DNA of 64,000 bases from Candidatus Tiddalikarchaeum anstoanum (GCA_902385255.1 CABMEV010000003.1:64813-128812), one strand, 5' to 3'; counted from the stretch's first letter, positions 9,865 through 19,935 are shown. Numbers and translations: made by a program. The notes: generated by a model not told the origin, from the letters alone.

Positions 9865-11877
9865 TTATATAAGTTCTGACTCAATTTCTATTGAATAATC
9901 CTCTTTTACAGGAGGTACTGCCTCGTTTAGGTCTATCCATACCCATACTTGGCATGTGTTGCCTGGTATCATGTTGTTGCAGAATCCGGCGTTTACGAAA
10001 TTATTATCCAAATACGTGCTGGTTGCAGGATTATTCGAACTGCTTATCTTAATCTGGACGCCGGAAGGAAGAGTATCATTAAGTTTGAACAAGTTATTGA
10101 TGGTTGTTCCAATACCAGTATGAGTAATGTAAAAATCACCAAGGGAAACAGTGCTCACTGAATCAACAGCTTTAGCGCTGAAAAGAGGCCTCGCATCACC
10201 CAAGAATTCCAGCAGGTTAGTAATATTACCAACACCCTCCCTCATAATGACACTAATATCAGTCCTCGGAGTGTAAACGTGCACGTTTAAAGGAGTAGTC
10301 TCATCACTATTCCCGGCAAAATCATAAGTCACGAATTTGAAACTAATAACCTCATCACCATAACCTGCAGTGTCAAAAGTGAAATTAGACCAGCCGTTAG
10401 ACGAGCCGGAATAATATTTAACAGCCTCAACAGTCCAACTACCCGTCTTATTGGAAAAAAATTGCGTATAATTCAAGTATAAATTATCACTCCAGTAAGA
10501 GGAAATCTTGACTAAGTCCCCGTCAATTAATGAATTATCACAAGTCGGCGTCAAGTCCTCATAATTAAGATTCGAGTACGAAGGCTTAGTCTTATCAAAC
10601 AAGAACTGCTTCCTGTCAGAGTAACCAGTATTCCCCGCCTCATCAGTACAATAAAACTTCACACCATGCCAGCCCTCGACTAATATGTTAACATAGTTTG
10701 AGTACGTCGCGCCATGATTCACAACCCCGACACTCACATTCGTCGAATCAAGAGTGTAACCGCAGTCCAAAATATTATCAGCATCATCAGTTACGCTGAA
10801 AGAATAATCAACAAGACTAACACTATGCATTGAACTATTAACAGGCAAAGTTGCAGTAACAATAGGAGGCTGGTTATCAACCACACAAGCGCTCGTGAAA
10901 TAATTGCACACAGCACCATTATAACAATTAGCACTGCTCCCGCTGCAAGTGTTAAAACAAACGTTGGAAGCACTATTCCACTTATAATACCCGCAGCTTA
11001 ACCAAGCACATGAATTATCACAGCCTGCACCTACAGTGTTATAACCAATATCATGCCTGTGGCATTCACTGCTAGCCCCGCAGACAGTATCACAAAGCGT
11101 TGTGTCAATAACATTGTCGCATCCGCAATTAGAAGTGCATGCAACATCATCCTTTACTGCATTACCATTATAATCAACTAATCTGTTACTGCCGTCGCAG
11201 TAATCACTTATGCAGACATCACTTGGAACTTTATAATCACACAAAGCATGAGCTCCGAAACTTGCCCTGCACCTAGTCTGGCTGACTTGGCAGTCACTGC
11301 TGCAATAAGCCTCGAACACTGAACCTGTTGATGCAGGATTATTGCTCCAAGCACTCGAACTTTTTTCATCACAGACACTTATAGCTCCGCATCCTAATTC
11401 GCAAAGACCATTACCTGAACCGCTAATAGAAATCCCGCCAGTATAAGACGCATTTTCCAGTTTTCCTGAACATTTCACACAATTCTGAGAACTCGAATCG
11501 CAGTAGCCGACATAATTTAATGCTGTGTCTGTCCTAAAGCCGAATGCAGGGTAGACATTGCACAACCAGCCGTCTCGTCCTGAACAAGCACTAACTTTGT
11601 TTACATCATTGCTGTACGCTTCAGCAACTACATTATTATTTACAGTCTTAATAGTGCCTGAACTCACAGTTCCTGTGCAGACATAAAAATAATACCATGT
11701 TCCCCCAGTATTTACTATATTATTGCATGAGTAATACGCTTGGCTGCCGCTTGCCATAGTATACAATTGGTTGACGCATGTTCCAGGTTTATTCTGCAGC
11801 TCTGCAGAGCACTTATTGGCTGCAAAACAGGAAGGGATTATAATACTTAACAATAACAAGATGATTATTCTTTTCAT
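9865..11877 (-). CDS. Large cysteine-rich secreted protein with C-terminal domains paralogous to the 7828-8538 product
   Basis: Signal peptide (MKRIIILLLLSIIIPSCFA). N-terminal half carries dozens of Cys in a low-complexity C/S/G/N-rich region; C-terminal half shares a domain with the neighbouring secreted protein. Confidence 0.5.
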   Translation of the reverse strand: MKRIIILLLLSIIIPSCFAANKCSAELQNKPGTCVNQLYTMASGSQAYYSCNNIVNTGGTWYYFYVCTGTVSSGTIKTVNNNVVAEAYSNDVNKVSACSGRDGWLCNVYPAFGFRTDTALNYVGYCDSSSQNCVKCSGKLENASYTGGISISGSGNGLCELGCGAISVCDEKSSSAWSNNPASTGSVFEAYCSSDCQVSQTRCRASFGAHALCDYKVPSDVCISDYCDGSNRLVDYNGNAVKDDVACTSNCGCDNVIDTTLCDTVCGASSECHRHDIGYNTVGAGCDNSCAWLSCGYYKWNSASNVCFNTCSGSSANCYNGAVCNYFTSACVVDNQPPIVTATLPVNSSMHSVSLVDYSFSVTDDADNILDCGYTLDSTNVSVGVVNHGATYSNYVNILVEGWHGVKFYCTDEAGNTGYSDRKQFLFDKTKPSYSNLNYEDLTPTCDNSLIDGDLVKISSYWSDNLYLNYTQFFSNKTGSWTVEAVKYYSGSSNGWSNFTFDTAGYGDEVISFKFVTYDFAGNSDETTPLNVHVYTPRTDISVIMREGVGNITNLLEFLGDARPLFSAKAVDSVSTVSLGDFYITHTGIGTTINNLFKLNDTLPSGVQIKISSSNNPATSTYLDNNFVNAGFCNNMIPGNTCQVWVWIDLNEAVPPVKEDYSIEIESELI

Positions 11878-12005
11878 TTACTCACTTTTTAATTAAAATT
11901 CGTGTATAAATAACTTTTCCCCCGAGCCAATATTTCGTTTTTTTGTTACTACTATCTTAGAATACTAAGTTTTTATATAATAGCTTATTTAAAATTGTTT
12001 AGAAA

Positions 12006-14270
12006 ATGTCTGACATTGTAAAGTTTTATTGTAAAGGTTGCGGAGGATACCATACCATACCCAAAGCAGATTTGAAAATTACCCCTGAAACTAAAGTAAC
12101 TACAGGCCAAGTGTTAAGATACAAGACTGACTGCGACTCAGGATGGAATATTTTATTATTCAAAAGAAATGATAATTTAGAATCAGGAGTTCCGACAGAA
12201 GTTGAGTATACAATTCCCGCATTCAGGATAAAAAATAAAGAGAAACCTAAAGCTGAAGAAGTGGAAAAAAAATCTGATTATACAATTGAAACTTTAGACT
12301 CAATACTCAGGCCGTTAAATCCCAAAGAGTACGCGAATAAAGAATTTGCACTCGGTAATGATTACGAAAATATACATTTTAAATATAGAGGGATGACTGG
12401 AGAATTCTACATCGAGGACCCTAAAATATTGAACGATAAAATATATGAAGGAAAAATAGTGTTCGTGCCAACTTCCACACTAAGCCCTGAAGCAGTAAAC
12501 TTAGTAGTCAGCGACATGGAATCATTAAGCTCATCTTATGCAGGAAAAGTGCAGAACTTGTACAAGAAAATGAAAAAGGGCGCTCCTGAAAATATTACTG
12601 TGAACCTGAACTTTGCAGGCTCCGACTCTGAACTAATACTATTCAACGGCGTAAGGGAGAGGCATGAAAATATCTCAAAACTTGAAACAGACACTGATGT
12701 TAAATCAAGGGATTCATTGAAAAAGACGATAATGAAAGCGTCGCTAAAAACAGTAGGAAGACAATTAATACTTTTACCAATACTATCATTAATACCAGGC
12801 GGGCTCATAGTATACACAGGTTACACAATATACTCAATGGGCAGGAATATTTACAACCTGACAAAAGTCGGCACAGAAACTGTACCCAGCATTGATGGTT
12901 TGACAACAAGCATCACTGCTGAATCTTCCGTAATAAACTCTGATGCAGGAAAATTAAATCTCGCCAACTTAGACAATTACATGCTAAGCAATGATTTCAA
13001 ACCTGTTGACGTTGACGGCGACAAGTTCACAGATTATTACGTGAACAATAATGACGCTGCTGATAAAGTATACGACCCTTTTTCCGACAAGAGATTCTTC
13101 GCGGACGGTGCAGTGCCCCAGACTGAACAGGCTAATATGCATAACACTTGGGACACTCTTCAAAATTATGAGTCGCATAAAGGAACGCTTGCAGAACAGC
13201 TACTTAAAGTTGCAGGTCTTAATGACTCTGTTAAATTCTTCACAGACTTAACAATAGGCTTAGCGATAACAGTAGGAGGCATACTCATAACTTACGGTAT
13301 AAGTTATGCGGTGCACGTCAAGAAGACAGGTTCGAAGATAATGGCGTTAAACCGCAAAGAACTGGCCAAGTTTTACTCAAATTCAAAATTGTCATTAAAG
13401 ACTGCTGAATTAAAGCCTGAAACGGACAATACACTCTCTGAACTAAAAAGTGTTACCTCAGAACTGACTGAGAAGAAAAACTTGTTGTTAACTTATGAGG
13501 GGAGAAAATTGGAGCTAGACAGACTACTCTCCTCCAAGAAAGAAGTTGAAGGAAAAACATTAACATTGGACGGCTTTATCAATACCAAATCGAAAGAATT
13601 ACAAGAGTATACTACTTACCTACTGGAGCAGGAACAGTATACAAAAGATACGCCTGCTTTTTTATCACTTATCAGAACTGCCTTTGATGAAGTAACTCAG
13701 AGCGAGAATACAACAAAGGATGTTAGTGACGAACAATTCTTGGAAGAGATAGTGATTCCAAAGAAGGATACTATAGTGTCAAAATTCACATTTGATTCAT
13801 TATCTTCAGCAGAAGGCATGGGTGATGTGGCAGCAAGGCGCAAGTACGTAGGCGATTATATTGATTACTTATCAAAAATTAACGATGTTAAAGGCAAGAA
13901 GAAAAAAGTTGAACAAGACCTTGAGAGACTAAACAATGAAAAAGCCGCGTTGTCATCTTCCGGAAGCACAGTGAAGAACAGCTCTGAACTTGTAGAATTG
14001 ACGACATCAATTAGCAACCTGACTAATGAGGTGCAGTCTTTAACGCTGAATCAGAACTTGCTGAATAACAGGCAGAGCAGCAAGAATAACTTATTATACA
14101 AGCATTTACTGAACGATCCTCAGCTGATATTCACGAAGGATTATGAAAACCTGCCTGGGAAGAATGAGATTATGAATTTCGTAAGCGAAGGAATCACAAA
14201 CGGGGATTTAGGCAGGGCTAAGAAAGAACTGGGCAAGTATTGCAGGAAGAATAATATACCAATCGTATAA
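12006..14270 (+). CDS. Membrane protein with N-terminal zinc-ribbon-like CxxC pair, two TM helices and a C-terminal coiled-coil region
   Basis: N-terminus FYCKGCGGYH...KTDCDSGW; hydrophobic segments LILLPILSLIPGGLIVYTGYTIY and LTIGLAITVGGILITYGISYAV; K/E/L-rich heptad-like C-terminal half. Confidence 0.4.
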   Translation: MSDIVKFYCKGCGGYHTIPKADLKITPETKVTTGQVLRYKTDCDSGWNILLFKRNDNLESGVPTEVEYTIPAFRIKNKEKPKAEEVEKKSDYTIETLDSILRPLNPKEYANKEFALGNDYENIHFKYRGMTGEFYIEDPKILNDKIYEGKIVFVPTSTLSPEAVNLVVSDMESLSSSYAGKVQNLYKKMKKGAPENITVNLNFAGSDSELILFNGVRERHENISKLETDTDVKSRDSLKKTIMKASLKTVGRQLILLPILSLIPGGLIVYTGYTIYSMGRNIYNLTKVGTETVPSIDGLTTSITAESSVINSDAGKLNLANLDNYMLSNDFKPVDVDGDKFTDYYVNNNDAADKVYDPFSDKRFFADGAVPQTEQANMHNTWDTLQNYESHKGTLAEQLLKVAGLNDSVKFFTDLTIGLAITVGGILITYGISYAVHVKKTGSKIMALNRKELAKFYSNSKLSLKTAELKPETDNTLSELKSVTSELTEKKNLLLTYEGRKLELDRLLSSKKEVEGKTLTLDGFINTKSKELQEYTTYLLEQEQYTKDTPAFLSLIRTAFDEVTQSENTTKDVSDEQFLEEIVIPKKDTIVSKFTFDSLSSAEGMGDVAARRKYVGDYIDYLSKINDVKGKKKKVEQDLERLNNEKAALSSSGSTVKNSSELVELTTSISNLTNEVQSLTLNQNLLNNRQSSKNNLLYKHLLNDPQLIFTKDYENLPGKNEIMNFVSEGITNGDLGRAKKELGKYCRKNNIPIV

Positions 14271-14355
14271 CTGGGATGCCCAAGTTTGCAGTAACTAGAT
14301 AGTAGGAGATAAAGTATTTAAAAAAGATAGTAATATATGAAGGTGAATTTAAACG

Positions 14356-16431
14356 ATGAGTGAACAAGTATTTGATTATGCAAACAAGGCAGGACTGGTT
14401 GAGATTTTACAACAGCCTGAATATGTTAACAAATGGGGCTCGTCAAATCCGAGCGGTATAAGCCCTAATTCTTATTTTGAGCCAGGAACCGCTGACACTT
14501 ATTCAAAACTTGTTAATTATATAGTTGATAATTTTAACGTCAAGACTGTTAAAGATGTGGAACTAATGTTCCAAAGGGCTAAGATTATTTATAATTTCAT
14601 CGGGGAAGCAAATATTCAGGTTATGCAGAACCAGACTCTTGGAAAAAAAAGCCTTCAAATTTTTGATTTAGGGGGACAGGATAGGTACAGATTCCTGCAG
14701 TCAGGCTATTCTGAAGGTGCGAATATAGGCGTATTAGTGCTGCCTTCCAATGAATTATTGGATTACTTGAAGGATTCCACTTTAAGCAATCCTGAACAAC
14801 TTCTTATAAACTTTTTTTATACTATAGTATTAAATTCCAAGGGAAAAGTCAGATTTGAAAACTTATTATTAGTTAAAACAAAAAAGGATGGTATTATTAC
14901 CAATTACACAATTGAAGACCTGCGTCAATTATATGAAAGGGAAGAGTTTGACAGGACTAATCCTGAAGGTTTAATAGCCAGGATTTTAAGATTATACGAT
15001 GCAAATTACGTTTTAGAGAATGCTGAAACTTTTGTTGATGCAATTGTTAATGAGACTTTTCAGAGGGATGCAAAAGATTTAGACTCATTGTCTGAAGAAG
15101 AGCAGCAGAGAATACTAACTGAGAAGCTTGATAATGCAAAATATGAAGCGTTAGAATCAGTTAAGTACTGGGTCAGGCTTCTTAAGTCAAAAGATGCAGG
15201 CTTCGTAGCCGCAAACTTGAATGATTACGCATTGGATGTTAAAAAATTATTATTAAACTCGGATGAGGATATTAAAAGTATAAATTCCAGGATAAAAGCT
15301 GTGAAGGATTTATTGGAAGAGTATACAAGCAATGAGAAATATTTCAAGGGCAATGAGAAGGACAGGGCCAGGCTTCCTGAACTAATAAGTGCTGGCGTTA
15401 AAAAGCAAATTGCCAAGCTTGATGAAATCTATTCTGACAAGACCAGTAAAGAATACTTAGCCCAGAAAGATGCGCTTGTAAGTTCTGTAACTTTGGACTT
15501 GGAGAAGAGGATAGAATCTCAGATTTTAGGGGGCAAAAAGCTTTACATATCAACTAAGCAGAAATTTGTTGAAAAATTAGGGGATGAGGAAGCTAAGACT
15601 GCGCTTAAGGATTTTGAGGCAAAATTTGCGGAAGATATGAAGAGTACTCATAATTATCTTGATGAGAAGATAAAACTTCTGAATTCATTTAATGTTAATG
15701 TTGAACACGTACTTTCTGAACAAGCTGCTTCATTCCAGCCTCAGCTTGACGCGGATACTGTAATACTCGGAGCTAAAGCCAAAAAAATAGTTGAAAAATA
15801 CGTTGAAGCATTGAAGGCTAAGTCTGACATTAGCAGAGTCGAAGAGTTTAAGCTTATACGCGAAGGACCTATGAAACCTGAATTTTTAGGAAGCTGTTTC
15901 TCCTCGATTTATTACTCGATTGACGCTTTCCCTCCGATAGACTTGATAAGGTTCAAGTTTTTGACTAATTATTCACCAACAATCATACAGCAGAAAGTTT
16001 CAGTAATGGGAAGGGGCGGCGCTGGAAAAACAGCTATGGCCAAGAAAATAGAGGCGAATACTTACATTGAAGATATTTCGAGCACGCCTATTAATGCCAA
16101 GACTCCTAGCGAAGCTGCAGAGATTGAACTAACCAGGGCAGAAAACATTAAAAATTATAAGAAAAAAATATATTCAACCACTACGACTGTAGGCATAGAT
16201 ATTGCAACATCCAAAGTTCACCCTAACATATTGAACAGCAATGGATTCCTGTCAAAGGAGAAAATATTCGCCCTTGCAGGATGCATGTTCCCGGCAACAT
16301 ACAGCATGGAACTTCCTGAAGGAGTGGATGCTGAAGCGTTCTATGGTAAATCTTTCCAGATAAGGCCTGAGGTTGATTTCGACAAGTGCGACGATTTAGT
16401 GGCTGAAGCAGAGCAGCTTTCATCACCCTAA
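14356..16431 (+). CDS. Large protein with Ras-superfamily GTPase-like motifs in permuted order (G3/G4-like at N-terminus, P-loop/switch-I-like at C-terminus)
   Basis: N-terminal LQIFDLGGQDRYRFL...LLLVKTKKDG resembles Rab LQIWDTAGQERFR...LVGNKCD. C-terminal VMGRGGAGKTAMAKKIEANTYIEDISST...TVGIDIATSKV resembles GDSGVGKS...TY.E.YIST.IGVDF. Central ~400 aa are K/E-rich helical. Confidence 0.45.
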   Translation: MSEQVFDYANKAGLVEILQQPEYVNKWGSSNPSGISPNSYFEPGTADTYSKLVNYIVDNFNVKTVKDVELMFQRAKIIYNFIGEANIQVMQNQTLGKKSLQIFDLGGQDRYRFLQSGYSEGANIGVLVLPSNELLDYLKDSTLSNPEQLLINFFYTIVLNSKGKVRFENLLLVKTKKDGIITNYTIEDLRQLYEREEFDRTNPEGLIARILRLYDANYVLENAETFVDAIVNETFQRDAKDLDSLSEEEQQRILTEKLDNAKYEALESVKYWVRLLKSKDAGFVAANLNDYALDVKKLLLNSDEDIKSINSRIKAVKDLLEEYTSNEKYFKGNEKDRARLPELISAGVKKQIAKLDEIYSDKTSKEYLAQKDALVSSVTLDLEKRIESQILGGKKLYISTKQKFVEKLGDEEAKTALKDFEAKFAEDMKSTHNYLDEKIKLLNSFNVNVEHVLSEQAASFQPQLDADTVILGAKAKKIVEKYVEALKAKSDISRVEEFKLIREGPMKPEFLGSCFSSIYYSIDAFPPIDLIRFKFLTNYSPTIIQQKVSVMGRGGAGKTAMAKKIEANTYIEDISSTPINAKTPSEAAEIELTRAENIKNYKKKIYSTTTTVGIDIATSKVHPNILNSNGFLSKEKIFALAGCMFPATYSMELPEGVDAEAFYGKSFQIRPEVDFDKCDDLVAEAEQLSSP

Positions 16432-16497
16432 GGCAGTATTAGTGGAAACCTTTTATACATAATTTTATTAAATACAACGTTTTTTGTCTAACTCGTT

Positions 16498-18534
16498 ATG
16501 GGGGGTATAGAAGAGTCTGAAGTAGTGGAGAAATTCTCTCATTTTATTAGCGAGTGTTACGCCAAAGAGTTATCAAAAGTTTTAACGAGCGGTGAGAAGA
16601 GTTTAAACATAGACTATGCAGAGCTTGACAAGTACGACCAGGAAGTTGCGGAGTTGCTTGCTGACAAGCCTGAAAAATACATAAAATTATTTGAGGAGTC
16701 AATACAGCAGGTTGAGGACGGCGTCAATTCCAAGATTTTTTTAAGATTTTTCAACATACCCACTAATTATTTTGTAAAGATAAAAGATATCAGGAGCAAG
16801 CATTTAGGCAAACTGGTTTTCACCGAGGGAATAGTCAGGCAGGCTAGTGCGGTTCTTCCAATGTGCACTAAGATAATATTCCGCTGCGTTGGATGCGAGC
16901 AGTTAATACTTGTAGAGCAGGAAGTTTCAATCATCAAGACTCCTGAGCAGTGCCCTAACTGCAGGAAGCGGGTTTTCAAAATAGTCGAGCACAAATTCGT
17001 TGATACTCAGAGGGTGATTCTTGAAGAGTCGCCGGAGACTTTGGAAGGCGGCAGCCAGCCAATGAGATTGAATATTATTCTAAGGAATGACTTGGTTGAT
17101 CCTGAAATAATTAAAAGGACATGTCCTGGCAGCAAGATAAGAGTTGTTGGGGTAGTTCACGAGTTTAGCAAACCTATTGCGGGCTCGAAGGATAAGAGCA
17201 CGCTTTTTGACTTGTTAATGGAGGGTAATTTTATAGAAAGCATCGAGAGAGAGTATGAGGATATAATCCTTAACGATGATGATGTTAAGCAGATAGAATT
17301 ATTATCAAGCGACCCTGATATTTTTGAGAAACTTGTCCGTTCAATTGCGCCTTCAATAAAAGGAAAAAGCAAGATTAAGGAGGCTCTTATACTGCAGATG
17401 TTCGGAGGCGTCAGGAAGAACAAGAATGACGGCACGAAGACGAGGGGAGACATTCATATATTATTGATAGGAGACCCAGGCACTGGAAAGAGCCAGTTGA
17501 TAAAGAGCGTCACATCCATTGCTCCAAAGTCGAGGTTTGTAAGCGGCAAGGGAGCGAGCGGTGCAGGACTTACTGCGACAGTAGTGAAGGATGAAATACT
17601 CAGGGGCTGGGCGTTAGAGGCAGGAGCCTTAGTGTTAGCCAATAAAGGAATACTATGCATTGATGAGATTGATAAGATGCACCCTGATGACAGAAGCGCG
17701 ATGCATGAGGCTATGGAGCAGCAGCAGATTAGCATCGCTAAGGCGAACGTTCAGGCAGTGCTTAACTGCCAGACTGCGATACTCGCAGCTGCGAATCCTA
17801 AATACGGCCGCTTCGACCAGTATAAGCCGATACCTGACCAGATAGATATGCCTGTTACTTTATTATCAAGGTTTGACTTGATATTCCCTGTGCGTGACAT
17901 TCCTAACAAGAAAGAGGATGAGGAGTTAGCAATGCACATATTGGAAGGACAAAAGGATGACACAAAGTTTGCACCTTTCATACCTTCGAATGTTGTAAGA
18001 AAGTATGCGAGTTACGCGAGACAGCATGTTATTCCTAAACTCACAGACCCTGCTATTAAAGAGATAAGCGACTTCTTCGTGAATTTAAGAAACAAGGATG
18101 TCATTAACGAGACTGATGTTAAGCCTGTTCCTATAACTCCAAGACAGTTAGAGGCTATGGTGAGGCTGGCAGAGGCGAGCGCTAAAGTCAGGTTGAGTAA
18201 TACCGTCACCAAAGAGGATGCAAAAAGAGCAATTGATTTAATGAAGGTTTACCTTGTTAAATTAGGATTCGACCCTGACACTGGAGAGATAGATATTGAC
18301 AGGGTGGTTAGCAATGTAACAAGCAGCCAAAGGAGCAAGATTTACGAAATGGTTGACTTGATGAAGGACTTGGAGAAGAATTTCGGAAAAGACCTGCCTT
18401 TAAACGAGGTTATAAACGAGGCTAAGAACAGGGGTATTGAGGAAGCGAAGGCTGAGGAAATAATTGATAAGATGAAACGAAGCGGTGAAGTTTTCGAGCC
18501 GCGAAACGGTGTTGTTAGGAGGATGCCAAAATGA
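16498..18534 (+). CDS. mcm: MCM replicative helicase
   Basis: Zn-finger cysteines (CVGCEQ...CPNCRK), Walker A IGDPGTGKSQL, Walker B ILCIDEIDKM, arginine-finger region SRFDLIF. Size of 678 aa indicates no intein. Confidence 0.9.
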   Translation: MGGIEESEVVEKFSHFISECYAKELSKVLTSGEKSLNIDYAELDKYDQEVAELLADKPEKYIKLFEESIQQVEDGVNSKIFLRFFNIPTNYFVKIKDIRSKHLGKLVFTEGIVRQASAVLPMCTKIIFRCVGCEQLILVEQEVSIIKTPEQCPNCRKRVFKIVEHKFVDTQRVILEESPETLEGGSQPMRLNIILRNDLVDPEIIKRTCPGSKIRVVGVVHEFSKPIAGSKDKSTLFDLLMEGNFIESIEREYEDIILNDDDVKQIELLSSDPDIFEKLVRSIAPSIKGKSKIKEALILQMFGGVRKNKNDGTKTRGDIHILLIGDPGTGKSQLIKSVTSIAPKSRFVSGKGASGAGLTATVVKDEILRGWALEAGALVLANKGILCIDEIDKMHPDDRSAMHEAMEQQQISIAKANVQAVLNCQTAILAAANPKYGRFDQYKPIPDQIDMPVTLLSRFDLIFPVRDIPNKKEDEELAMHILEGQKDDTKFAPFIPSNVVRKYASYARQHVIPKLTDPAIKEISDFFVNLRNKDVINETDVKPVPITPRQLEAMVRLAEASAKVRLSNTVTKEDAKRAIDLMKVYLVKLGFDPDTGEIDIDRVVSNVTSSQRSKIYEMVDLMKDLEKNFGKDLPLNEVINEAKNRGIEEAKAEEIIDKMKRSGEVFEPRNGVVRRMPK

Positions 18535-19208
18535 GTGAAGATGTAAAAAGTGAAGATTCATACAAGAGACTGACTGCGTTTAGGGTTCCTATTAATTACT
18601 TATTATCAGCTCCCTTGAACAAGGAGGGTGACAGTTTTGAATATTTAGCTTTCAAGGATTTGAAAGTTTCAAGAGTGAGAATAGTTGCGACTATTGTAAG
18701 CAAGAAAATTAATGATGACAGAAGCTATGCTTATCTCGTATTGGATGACGGCACCGAGACTATGAGGGTTAAGTGCTGGAAGGAAGATGTTGAAAAATTA
18801 GAGAAGCCGATAGTCGGGGACATAATTGAAATTATAGGCAGGGTTAGGGAATGGAATAGTGAGCGTTACTTGTCATGCGAATCACTGCACGTAGTCAGCG
18901 ACCCTAATCATTGGTTGTATCACGAGTTTGAACTTTTAATGTCAAAGGAGAAGTTTGAAAGGGTTAACGAGAAAGTTGAGACAGGCGTTAGCACAGGTGT
19001 TGAGAAGAAGGAATCCTCTGATATTAAAAAAGAGGATTTAGTATTAAAAATAATCAAGGATAATGATATCGGGAAGGGTACGAGTTTCGCACTTATCCAG
19101 AGGGAGTCCAAGCTTGATGAAGCCGCGCTTAAAGAGGTATTGTCAACTTTATTAAATGACAGCGTGATTTATGAGCCTCAGAAAAACAGTTATAAACTGT
19201 TAGAGTAG
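18531..19208 (+). CDS. OB-fold plus winged-helix protein, RPA32-like candidate
   Basis: Start overlaps the MCM stop by 4 nt. Central RVRIVATIVSK...YAYLVLDDGTETMRVKCW...GDIIEIIGRVREW is OB-fold-like; C-terminal region resembles a winged helix. Assignment is by pattern only. Confidence 0.4.
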   Translation: MSEDVKSEDSYKRLTAFRVPINYLLSAPLNKEGDSFEYLAFKDLKVSRVRIVATIVSKKINDDRSYAYLVLDDGTETMRVKCWKEDVEKLEKPIVGDIIEIIGRVREWNSERYLSCESLHVVSDPNHWLYHEFELLMSKEKFERVNEKVETGVSTGVEKKESSDIKKEDLVLKIIKDNDIGKGTSFALIQRESKLDEAALKEVLSTLLNDSVIYEPQKNSYKLLE

Positions 19209-19221
19209 AAGTGATGAATAT

Positions 19222-19626
19222 ATGAAAACTTATGAAGAGTTATTGAAGAGGGCTGAAGTTTTAATGCCTAAAAAGATTGAAACTAGGGACCGTTTTGAAG
19301 TTCCCAAAGTTAAAGGCAGCATTCAGGGAAAGAGGACTATGATTAGTAATCTGAAAAACATAGCCGATTACTTATACCGTGATGTTGACCTTCTTATCCC
19401 ATTCCTCGAGAAAGAATTAGCCACTAAAGCCATAAAGGATGGCAATTATATTGTGTTCATGGGCAAGTTCTCCGCAGGCAGGATTAATGACAAGATTTTA
19501 GAGTTCGTTAACGAGTACGTGAAGTGCAGGCAGTGCGGGAAGCCGGACACTAAGACTTCAAAGAAGGACCGCGTATTATTCGTGGAGTGCATGGGCTGCG
19601 GCGCCAAATATCCCATCAGGAAGTAA
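19222..19626 (+). CDS. Translation initiation factor 2 beta subunit (aIF2-beta)
   Basis: 134 aa; conserved RFEVPKV, GKRT.I.NL, and C-terminal zinc ribbon CRQCGKPDT...CMGCGA. Confidence 0.8.
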   Translation: MKTYEELLKRAEVLMPKKIETRDRFEVPKVKGSIQGKRTMISNLKNIADYLYRDVDLLIPFLEKELATKAIKDGNYIVFMGKFSAGRINDKILEFVNEYVKCRQCGKPDTKTSKKDRVLFVECMGCGAKYPIRK

Positions 19627-19629
19627 TTA

Positions 19630-19929
19630 ATGATTGTTGCAAAACTGCATAAGAGAGGAAATGATTTATTATTAGCAGCTTGTGATGAAGAATTATTAGG
19701 AAAGACTCTGAATCATTCTAACGGTGCTGAAATATTCATAAATCCTTCTTTCTATAAAGGCGACAAGATGGATAAGGAAGAATTTATCAAGAACCTGAAA
19801 GACGCGACTATTATTAACTTGTTCGGCAAGGAGACTGTAAAAATTGCTGTCGACGCCAACGAATTAAGCGAAGATGGGGCAATAATTATAGCAGGAGTTC
19901 CGCACGCCCAGATAGTAAGGATGTTATGA
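19630..19929 (+). CDS. Conserved archaeal hypothetical protein (possibly DUF424-like)
   Basis: 99 aa; MIVAKLHKRGNDLLLAACDEELLGKTL resembles a small archaeal family as recalled; unverified. Confidence 0.3.
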   Translation: MIVAKLHKRGNDLLLAACDEELLGKTLNHSNGAEIFINPSFYKGDKMDKEEFIKNLKDATIINLFGKETVKIAVDANELSEDGAIIIAGVPHAQIVRML

Positions 19930-19935
19930 CTAAAG

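Noticed and set aside
16767-18212. Several 60-100 aa ORFs antisense to the MCM gene (for example 17157-17453, 17454-17735, 18012-18212)
   Set aside because: They lie entirely within a strongly supported conserved CDS on the opposite strand and have low-complexity composition; treated as shadow ORFs. The same applies to antisense ORFs inside the P-type ATPase, aIF5B, pyruvate kinase and surface-protein genes.
16498-18534. Possible inteins in MCM, RFC small subunit or aIF5B
   Set aside because: All three proteins have ordinary intein-free lengths (678, 315 and 593 aa) with contiguous catalytic motifs.
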